Assembly: GCF_021532315.1 (NCBI RefSeq) | Contig: NZ_JAKGAO010000007.1 | Span: forward strand, 140,285 to 172,284 | Length of the DNA: 32,000 nt | From: Paenibacillus tarimensis | GTDB taxonomy: Bacteria > Bacillota > Bacilli > Paenibacillales > Paenibacillaceae | Direction: 5' to 3' | In this document: piece by piece, positions 1 to 6,223 of the stretch | Layout: each line of letters begins with the position of its first letter | Position numbering within the stretch: the first letter of the stretch is position 1 | Program-made: the position numbers and the translations under genes | Notes under the pieces: generated by a model | Databases searched by the model: none | Seen by the model: only the letters and a program-made list of their open reading frames with translations | What the model was told of the DNA's origin: nothing

Positions 1-141
1 ATGAGAGATTCGGCGGACAGGAAGGCAATTGCGCCTTACCTGATTCCGGTGAAGGTGACGGTCAAGAATGCGGCAGAGCCGGATAACAAGCGCGGCTGGA
101 CTGAGGTGGAGGGATATATTACCGATGAAGCGATTCGTTAA
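1..141 (+). CDS. 3' end of an upstream CDS (partial, product unknown; probably the same minor-pilin operon)
   Basis: Frame +1 is open from base 1 to TAA at 139-141. It overlaps the ATG of the next pilin-like gene (125) by 17 nt, which is a typical operon junction. The 46 visible residues carry no recognisable motif. Confidence 0.45.
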   Translation: MRDSADRKAIAPYLIPVKVTVKNAAEPDNKRGWTEVEGYITDEAIR

Positions 142-673
142 CAGAGCGGCCGATGAGCGGGGGTTTACACTAATTGAGCTGATCGCGTCGCTCACGCTGT
201 TGTCGGTGGTGCTTGGTGTTATATACGGCTCTATTACCTTTGGAATCAATGCTTATAACAAGATTAGTATAGAAAACTCGCTTCGCGATGAAGGAGATTT
301 AATTATGTCCTCCATTATGACGGAGCTGTACACGTTTGGCCCGGATGAGCTTGAGCAGCTGGACGGAAGCGGGACGAAGATCGCGCTGCGGCTGAACGGG
401 AATCCGGGAGTGGAGCACCAGTTGTATATCGCGCCTAACGGGGAGAACAGAGGAGCGCTGTTTATCGAGGAAGCGGTCGGGCGCCGGGAAATCCCGGTTC
501 AGGCAGAGGTGGTCCCGGTTTCTGCTGAGGAACCCCGGGGTTCCAGTATCAAGCTGAGCTGCCCGGCGGGAGACGCCTGCAGCAGCGGACTGCTGGAAGT
601 CAGGCTGCTCCTGCGCCATATGCACGGGAATGAGCCTATGGAGCTGGAGCTGGTCAGCAAATTCGGTTTTTAG
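125..673 (+). CDS. Type IV pilus minor pilin / pseudopilin with prepilin-type N-terminal cleavage-methylation domain
   Basis: From the internal ATG at 125 the product begins MKRFVNRAADERG|FTLIELIASLTLLSVVLGVIYG. That is the class III signal: G-1, F+1, E+5, then a hydrophobic helix. The track ORF starting at 68 adds an unlikely 19-aa extension. The subtype (PilV/PilW/ComGF-like) cannot be resolved by eye. Confidence 0.8.
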   Translation: MKRFVNRAADERGFTLIELIASLTLLSVVLGVIYGSITFGINAYNKISIENSLRDEGDLIMSSIMTELYTFGPDELEQLDGSGTKIALRLNGNPGVEHQLYIAPNGENRGALFIEEAVGRREIPVQAEVVPVSAEEPRGSSIKLSCPAGDACSSGLLEVRLLLRHMHGNEPMELELVSKFGF

Positions 674-693
674 GGAGAACGGGGGAAAGGCTT

Positions 694-2454
694 TTGAGGC
701 GGTTGAGGGAAGAGGGAGGATCGGCCTTCCTGATGGTCATATTCATGATCCTGCTCTTCATGATGCTGGGCATGGCCGTGCTAAGCGCTAGTATCGGCGG
801 AGCTCACCGTACAGAGAAGAGTGAGGATAATGTGCAGAGTCTGCATCTCGCGGAAAAAGCGCTGAACGAAGCGGCGGCGCATATCGCTGCAGAATATAAT
901 GGCAAGGAAATGGCTATCCGGCCCGCTGAGCTGATGGCGGAGCTGCAGGATTTTGTCAAGGCATTCAACGACAGGGCTGTCGGTACGGACTTAGAAGGCG
1001 CAAGCGGCCTCATTGAGTCGATCGTTTATACAGGGGAGGATCTGCAAGCAGATGAGCAGAAGCTCGATTATTACCTGAGGGTGACGGCCAAGACGGAAGT
1101 GAATGGTTCAGTCCGGAGGCTGTCGCAGGAGATTGTGCTGGATACATTCCCGGATTTTCTGCGTTACGGGCTGGGATCGGAGGAAGGGGATGTGATCCTG
1201 AACGGCTCGCCATATCTGGCAGGCAATCTGTATGTGGGAGATGAGCTGAAGCTCAGCAGTATGGCCGGCTACCGGTATTTGGGCCAGGAGCTTGCTGTAC
1301 AATCGCAGTTCCCGTATCTGGCTCAGCAGGGAGGCCAATACGGCGAAGTCTATGTATCGGCAGTGGATCGAATCAAGCACCGTGAGGACCGGGTAAGCAT
1401 CTATGTGCCGCTGAGCGATCCTGCGCATATCACCCGTTATCTGCATAGCGAGCCGAGCCGTATCAAGCTGAAGGATAACAAGAAGTTTGTCTCCATTGAT
1501 GTGGAGCAGTCCTTCCTGGACAAGGCTGCCTTAACGGCCGGGGATGACCAGAATGTGCGGAACGAGCTGGCCTCCAGGTACGAGGGAAGTATGAAGAAGC
1601 AGGATAATATGCTGTCCATACTTAACGAACGGTTCAAGGAGGATGGCAACGGAGACGGCAGCCCGGACGGAGAGGGATGGCTAACGCCGCCGGTTATGCC
1701 TGAGCTTGCGGAGCCTACAATAGAGGATGAGGAGCGTTATGCGGCGGAGGTGCGCAATTTTGCGGCTAAGCTGGAGAGCTTGGCCAAGCCGGTAATCGTC
1801 GAAGGTCCGCTCAAGCTGGGCGATGATTACAAGCGCATCTATTACACAGATAAATCGGCGGGCAATTGGCTTATCGTGAACGGCGACCTGATTGTGGAAA
1901 ACTACGAAGACCAGTTCGTTACCATACGCGGCAACATCCTGGTGACAGGCGATATAATTATCAAGGGCAAGCTTGCGGTGGATGCGACCATGATCGGGCT
2001 CGGCAAAACAGAGGTTGTCGATGCACAGATCAGGGGGATTGGCGGCAAGCAGCTGCTGGTCCTGATCTCGAAGGGACCGGTCGATGTGTACCGTTATGAC
2101 GCATTTCAGCCTATTACAGAGGCCTACAGCAGGGAAGATGACTATACGCTGGATGCCTTCTTCTACACAGATGCTGAAGCGGAGCTGTACGGAGTAGGAT
2201 CGACCTTCTGGATGAATGGCGGCTTCTTTGCCCGCGGAGACATCACGATCAATGCAGTCTTAGGTTCGACAAAGGCGGTTGAGGGAGAGAGGTCCCTGCA
2301 GTTCGATGCCCGCAGCCAATCGGCGATACCTGGCGAACAGTCCCGATTTGTCATTGATTATAATCAAAATGTCTTCACAAGTCAGAGCACCGGCCTGCCG
2401 CGCGTCAAGAAGGTCAAGGTCACCATCGGCCGCAAGTGGCTGGAAAGCCAGTAA
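694..2454 (+). CDS. Large PilX-N-like pilus assembly / minor pilin-like protein (586 aa)
   Basis: TTG start at 694 follows the RBS GGGGGAAAGG. The N-terminus RRLREEGGSAFLMVIFMILLFMMLGMAVLSASIGG resembles the PilX_N/TadG/ComGG type hydrophobic segment (no E+5). The C-terminal part has repetitive beta-strand-like runs (NGDLIVEN...IRGNILVTGDIIIKGKLAVD). It sits immediately downstream of a prepilin-type gene. Confidence 0.6.
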   Translation: MRRLREEGGSAFLMVIFMILLFMMLGMAVLSASIGGAHRTEKSEDNVQSLHLAEKALNEAAAHIAAEYNGKEMAIRPAELMAELQDFVKAFNDRAVGTDLEGASGLIESIVYTGEDLQADEQKLDYYLRVTAKTEVNGSVRRLSQEIVLDTFPDFLRYGLGSEEGDVILNGSPYLAGNLYVGDELKLSSMAGYRYLGQELAVQSQFPYLAQQGGQYGEVYVSAVDRIKHREDRVSIYVPLSDPAHITRYLHSEPSRIKLKDNKKFVSIDVEQSFLDKAALTAGDDQNVRNELASRYEGSMKKQDNMLSILNERFKEDGNGDGSPDGEGWLTPPVMPELAEPTIEDEERYAAEVRNFAAKLESLAKPVIVEGPLKLGDDYKRIYYTDKSAGNWLIVNGDLIVENYEDQFVTIRGNILVTGDIIIKGKLAVDATMIGLGKTEVVDAQIRGIGGKQLLVLISKGPVDVYRYDAFQPITEAYSREDDYTLDAFFYTDAEAELYGVGSTFWMNGGFFARGDITINAVLGSTKAVEGERSLQFDARSQSAIPGEQSRFVIDYNQNVFTSQSTGLPRVKKVKVTIGRKWLESQ

Positions 2455-2460
2455 ACAGAT

Positions 2461-2497
2461 GAGAGCCAGCAGCTGCAGGGACGCGGCGCTGGTTCTC
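2461..2497 (+). terminator. Possible weak terminator hairpin after the minor-pilin operon
   Basis: GAGAGCCAGC (2461-2470) pairs with GCTGGTTCTC (2488-2497), including one G-U pair, across a 17-nt loop. It is followed by TTATTGG, which is a poor U-tract. Confidence 0.3.
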
Positions 2498-2679
2498 TTA
2501 TTGGCAGACGACCTGCCCGCAATTAAATGTATGCGTTTACAAAAAAGTGTCATTAGAGTACTTTGAAGTTCATAAAGTGTTAACAAAGCCGTTATATTCA
2601 ACATTTAATGCGTTGGCTCACTAGGAGGGTACGAAGTCCCAAGAGCATCCTGGAATATCCTTCAAAAGGAATAAATCTA

Positions 2680-2708
2680 TTGATTTTAATAGGTCTTTGT
2701 CTTATATT
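2680..2708 (+). promoter_or_regulatory. Candidate sigma-A promoter for the agr-like cassette
   Basis: TTGATT (2680-2685), a 17-nt spacer, then TATATT (2703-2708), about 120 nt upstream of the TTG start at 2827. This is a pattern match only. Confidence 0.3.
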
Positions 2709-2826
2709 CAAATCAGAGTAAAAGGACGAAATATTACCAGACGTTCTTAACAAGAAGTTGCTAATTTAATGATTAGCGGAGAAATCATCTATCTAGGGCA
2801 AGAAATCCTCGAGGGGACTGATAGAG

Positions 2827-3453
2827 TTGAGTTTTCTGGGGTTTATGTTTTTTTCCACAATTGAAGGCTTGGCAATCTATGCTTTTGCCCTCTATGTTTT
2901 CAGAATGGATCTTCGGAAGTATATATGGCATGTATTAACGATGATCTTACTCATTACATTTCAAAACTATATTACTAGGGATATGCTCGAACTCTCCCAG
3001 CTCTCCACAGTTGGCAACTTAATTGTAACAGCTTTATTCTTCAACACTATCATTAGAATCCCGATGATCTGGTCCTTAATTATGACAGTAACCGGGTTCA
3101 TAGGGCTAGGAATAATACAAACCCTAATCATATTCGGGTCCTTTGGATATTTTTCTATTGAAGAAGCAGCGGCACATGCATGGAAAACCTATACCATTCA
3201 AGGTGTTACCGGAGTTATCGGTTTTCTTATAGGTTGGGGGCTTTACAGGAAAAGACTTGGCTTTACTTTCGATTTCGACAATATAGTAATTAAAGGCGAG
3301 AGGCTTTTTGTCATTACGATTATCGGATTATTCATTCTTGCTTGGATCGGCATGGTATTATTTGAAAATGTTTATTTGAATCTATTTGGCCTGTTAATAG
3401 CCTTGTTGATCTTTCTGGTATATTCAATCAAGAAGGAATTGGCTGAACGATGA
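2827..3453 (+). CDS. Polytopic membrane protein (about 6-7 TM, 208 aa), no soluble domain; first gene of the agr-like cassette
   Basis: TTG start at 2827 lies 9 nt after GAGGGGA; an alternative ATG is at 2845. The protein is almost entirely hydrophobic helices (FLGFMFFSTIEGLAIYAFALYVF, IWHVLTMILLITF, MIWSLIMTVTGFIGLGIIQTLIIFG, LFVITIIGLFILAWIGMVLF, LFGLLIALLIFLVYSI). Its stop overlaps the agrB start as ATGA (3450-3453). The size and topology match the sensor module of AgrC-type kinases, but no HisKA or ATPase region follows. Confidence 0.7.
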   Translation: MSFLGFMFFSTIEGLAIYAFALYVFRMDLRKYIWHVLTMILLITFQNYITRDMLELSQLSTVGNLIVTALFFNTIIRIPMIWSLIMTVTGFIGLGIIQTLIIFGSFGYFSIEEAAAHAWKTYTIQGVTGVIGFLIGWGLYRKRLGFTFDFDNIVIKGERLFVITIIGLFILAWIGMVLFENVYLNLFGLLIALLIFLVYSIKKELAER

Positions 3454-3965
3454 CAATCTATGCTGTCTCTATGCGAATCGCTGAATCCATAAAGAAGGCG
3501 GCACCCGATCATCCCGCAAGTGTAGAGGTTCTACGGTATTCTGTTTCCTTTTTGATCAATACATTTTTAATCATATCGTTCACACTCTCAATTGCTTGTA
3601 TTACAGGGCGACTGACAGAAGCCTGCATATCCTTATTTTCCTTTGCTTTATTAAGGCAGGTTTCTGGAGGATATCATTTAGGCTCAGGTATGTGGTGTAT
3701 TCTGCTCTCTACCTTGCTATTAACCGGACTGACTTTCGTTGAATTCCAACCGCAGATCATAGATACTATGAATGTTGTTAGTGCGGTTCTTGTTTTAATT
3801 TATGCGCCATCTAGAATTGAGCGGCAAACCAGGATATCAGCCAAGCATTTTCCTGTACTAAAACTGGTATCATTCTGGATTGTAGCATTAAGTTTCTTAG
3901 CAGGAGATTCAGTCTTAACTGCTACCTTGTTCGTTCAATCCCTATCATTGATAAGAAGACTATAA
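3450..3965 (+). CDS. agrB: AgrB-family accessory gene regulator B (AgrD-processing membrane cysteine peptidase)
   Basis: A 171-aa membrane protein carrying the AgrB signature LRQVSGGYHLGSGMWC. His76 (CAT 3675-3677) and Cys83 (TGT 3696-3698) are 7 residues apart, matching the catalytic H77/C84 pair of S. aureus AgrB. An AgrD-like ORF follows immediately. Confidence 0.85.
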   Translation: MTIYAVSMRIAESIKKAAPDHPASVEVLRYSVSFLINTFLIISFTLSIACITGRLTEACISLFSFALLRQVSGGYHLGSGMWCILLSTLLLTGLTFVEFQPQIIDTMNVVSAVLVLIYAPSRIERQTRISAKHFPVLKLVSFWIVALSFLAGDSVLTATLFVQSLSLIRRL

Positions 3966-3981
3966 GGGAGAGGTGAAGCCT

Positions 3982-4104
3982 GTGAAAAGTAAAGTTTTTT
4001 ACAGACTTGCGACAATCTTAGCTGCTCTTGCAGTTGCAGTTGTATCGTCAGCTAGCTGGATGTACTTTCACCAAGACGAAACGCCGGAAGAATTGCTGAA
4101 ATAA
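3982..4104 (+). CDS. agrD: AgrD-like cyclic (lactone) autoinducing peptide precursor, 40 aa (absent from the ORF track)
   Basis: GTG at 3982 follows the RBS AAGGGAGAGGTG. Translation: VKSKVFYRLATILAALAVAVVSSASWMYFHQDETPEELLK. It has an N-terminal amphipathic/hydrophobic helix, a central S-W-M-Y-F, and an acidic tail with Pro 6 residues after the Phe plus an EL motif. This is the same layout as S. aureus AgrD (CDFIM|DEVEVPKEL). It lies directly 3' of agrB. Confidence 0.7.
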   Translation: MKSKVFYRLATILAALAVAVVSSASWMYFHQDETPEELLK

Positions 4105-4127
4105 TTATGGCGGGGATGGGTTAAATC

Positions 4128-4508
4128 ATGCTTTTGTCTCTGACTCATGACATTGACGGAAAATCTGGATTTGTTCATGTCGAAGCGGACGATCTCTTGT
4201 ACATATCCTATGACAGCATGACTAACCGTGTATCGTTCCACACCTTAGACGACGAATACTTCGCCATGGGCACGCTGAAGTACTTTATTGAGACGTTCCT
4301 TCACTCGGGTTATGTCTTCGATAAGGTTGACCGCAACAATGCGGTTAATATGCAGAAAATTACGCTGGTCGACGAAAGGATGGGTCTCGTTTACTTTGAT
4401 GAAAGACCCGACCGAAGATCCAAGAAATGCACAGTAGCGGTTTCCAACTTCAAGAATATTATGCTTAAGCTGAAGTCCTTCAACCCGGATATCGCTGTAC
4501 TGCGCTAA
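4128..4508 (+). CDS. Stand-alone LytTR DNA-binding domain protein (AgrA C-terminal-domain-like, no receiver domain)
   Basis: The 126-aa product aligns by eye with the AgrA LytTR domain. VHVEADDLLYISYDS matches VYVQYDDIMFFESST. MGTLKYF matches YGNLKEL. NAVNMQKITLVDERMGLVYF matches FVVNRHNIESIDSKERIVYF. KCTVAVSNFKNI matches HCYASVRNVKKI. Only about 14 residues precede the domain, and only 23 nt separate the gene from agrD, so there is no room for a receiver domain. Confidence 0.85.
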   Translation: MLLSLTHDIDGKSGFVHVEADDLLYISYDSMTNRVSFHTLDDEYFAMGTLKYFIETFLHSGYVFDKVDRNNAVNMQKITLVDERMGLVYFDERPDRRSKKCTVAVSNFKNIMLKLKSFNPDIAVLR

Positions 4509-4513
4509 GAGAT

Positions 4514-4553
4514 AACAGGTACTGCCTGAGTAGGCGGTACCTGTTTCTTTTTA
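4514..4553 (+). terminator. Rho-independent terminator ending the agr-like cassette
   Basis: AACAGGTACTGCC (4514-4526) pairs with GGCGGTACCTGTT (4533-4545) as a 13-bp stem with one G-U pair. TCTTTTTAT follows. Confidence 0.7.
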
Positions 4554-4661
4554 TGGTCCGTTACATGAATTCTATCTGCTGTAAACTCGCAACCTTTGCG
4601 GATTTTCGTCGTCTAATAGGTGGCTGGATGAATATGTAAAAGATTGTGGGATGGTGATGAA

Positions 4662-6161
4662 ATGATCAGGAAGTTAAGGGTATTGGTCATCTGTTGGATC
4701 GCTTTCTGTCTAATTCTTACGGGACAAGCGTCACTGGCGCAGGCGAAGCCGGGGTCAGAGCCAGCATCGGCATCAATTGTGCTGAACGGAGCGAAGCTTG
4801 AGATGCTGCCGGGTGTCACCATCCCGATCGTAAGCGGCAATGTTATGATTCCGATCCGTATGGTTGTGCAGGGACTAGGTTATGAGGTGAAGTGGCAGCG
4901 GAATGAGCAGAAGGTGACGGTGTTTGCGTCAGGCAAGACCATTGAGATGACGATCCGAAGTGAAGAGGCATTGGTGGACGGAGCGGCCAAACGTATGGCG
5001 GCTGCGCCGATAGTAATCTCGGGTACTTCATATATTCCTCTGCGGTTTGTCGGGGAGGAGTTAGGTCTTAGGGTAGGCTGGGATAACAAGAGCAAGACGG
5101 TGTCGCTTGATACGGTAATGCCTGCAGAACCGGAGTTGGATCTACCGACTCATGATCCGGCGGTACCGGCAGCTCCGGGGGTGCCGGGCGGTGCGGCTCC
5201 TGTACAGGTAGAGGCGATCAGCTATGCGGATAACCGGTTGACCGTGTACACCAGCGCAGCGGTAGAGCCGAAGATCTTTACAATGACAGGTCCGGACCGG
5301 ATCATTATGGATATATCCAATGCGGTATTTTCCGCTTCGCTTGCGCAATCGGTCGGGACCGGCGGACAGGGAGAAATCGCTGTAAATGATGCTTATGTGA
5401 ACCGGATTCGTTATTCCGTATTCTCTAAAGACCCGGCAGCCGTCCGTATTGTTATAGATACCGCGCAGGTTATCCCTTATGAGGTGCTCAAAGGGCAGGA
5501 AGGCGGCTCTTACATCGTTATCGACCTGAATGCAGGTATAGCTAGCGCACCCGCTCAGCCGATTGGCCAGGATGGGAAGAAGCTGGTCGTTATTGATCCG
5601 GGTCATGGAGGCTCTGATCCTGGTGCGGCAAGTGTATCGGGCAGGAGGGAGAAGGACTTTACCTTATCGTTATCGCACAAGGTTGCTGAGCTGCTGTCGG
5701 CGGAGCCGGGCGTTGATGTCATTATGACCCGCAGCGATGATACGTATGTAGAGCTCGGCAGCCGCGGGACTATGGCTAACGCGCTTCGTGCCGATTTATT
5801 TCTATCTATACACGGCAATTCTTTTCCGCAAAACCCCTCGGTCAGGGGGACAGAGACTTATTACTACAATGAAGCTTGCAGGCCATTCGCCGAGCTGATG
5901 CACAGGCATCTATTGGGAGCAGCGGGTTTCCCCGACCGCAAGGTGAAGAGCAAGAGTCTGAAGGTGCTGCGGGATGCGACTATGGATGCCCTGCTGCTCG
6001 AAATCGGCTTCCTCTCGAACTCGGCGGAGGAGGCGGTCATGTTCGATGAGTCCTTCCAGTGGCGTGTTGCTCAGGCTATTGTGGCAGGAATCATGGAGCA
6101 GCTGCAGATGCGGCAGGAACAGGAACCGCTGCAGGAGCAGATGCCGCTGCCAGGGATGTAA
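4662..6161 (+). CDS. N-acetylmuramoyl-L-alanine amidase (Amidase_3) with N-terminal copper-amine-oxidase-like stalk domain and central AMIN-like domain
   Basis: ATG at 4662 gives the signal peptide MIRKLRVLVICWIAFCLILTGQASLAQA. A Cu_amine_oxidN1-like repeat follows (VMIPIRMVVQGLGYEVKWQ...SYIPLRFVGEELGLRVGWD). Next come a Pro-rich linker and an AMIN-like segment (LTVYTSAAVEPKIFTMTGPDRIIMDISNAVF...VNRIRYSVFSKDPAAVRIVID). The catalytic motifs VIDPGHGGSDPGA, LFLSIHGNS and GTETYYY are present. Confidence 0.9.
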   Translation: MIRKLRVLVICWIAFCLILTGQASLAQAKPGSEPASASIVLNGAKLEMLPGVTIPIVSGNVMIPIRMVVQGLGYEVKWQRNEQKVTVFASGKTIEMTIRSEEALVDGAAKRMAAAPIVISGTSYIPLRFVGEELGLRVGWDNKSKTVSLDTVMPAEPELDLPTHDPAVPAAPGVPGGAAPVQVEAISYADNRLTVYTSAAVEPKIFTMTGPDRIIMDISNAVFSASLAQSVGTGGQGEIAVNDAYVNRIRYSVFSKDPAAVRIVIDTAQVIPYEVLKGQEGGSYIVIDLNAGIASAPAQPIGQDGKKLVVIDPGHGGSDPGAASVSGRREKDFTLSLSHKVAELLSAEPGVDVIMTRSDDTYVELGSRGTMANALRADLFLSIHGNSFPQNPSVRGTETYYYNEACRPFAELMHRHLLGAAGFPDRKVKSKSLKVLRDATMDALLLEIGFLSNSAEEAVMFDESFQWRVAQAIVAGIMEQLQMRQEQEPLQEQMPLPGM

Positions 6162-6175
6162 GGGGTCAAAATCAA

Positions 6176-6207
6176 ACAGGGAAGCGGATGCACTGCCCCT
6201 TCCCTGT
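6176..6207. terminator. Hairpin between convergent amidase and sspH genes (probable shared terminator)
   Basis: ACAGGGAAG (6176-6184) pairs with CTTCCCTGT (6199-6207). On the minus strand it is followed by TGATTTTG. Confidence 0.5.
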
Positions 6208-6223
6208 TGTGGCGTTGCTTCAC

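Noticed and set aside
68-124. N-terminal extensions suggested by the ORF track (68 for the pseudopilin, 12860 for pilT, 15279 for pilA, 25426 for ctaG, 26642 for the membrane protein, 10928 for the giant protein, 6484 for sspH, 4644 for the amidase)
   Set aside because: In every case an internal start with a proper RBS gives the canonical N-terminus (prepilin leader, signal peptide, family-typical start). The extensions overlap upstream genes or terminators.
2455-4560. Mobile genetic element (IS or integrative island) carrying the agr-like cassette
   Set aside because: No transposase, integrase or recombinase ORF is present. There are no terminal inverted repeats, no flanking direct repeats and no tRNA target. 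Only the compositional shift supports foreign origin.
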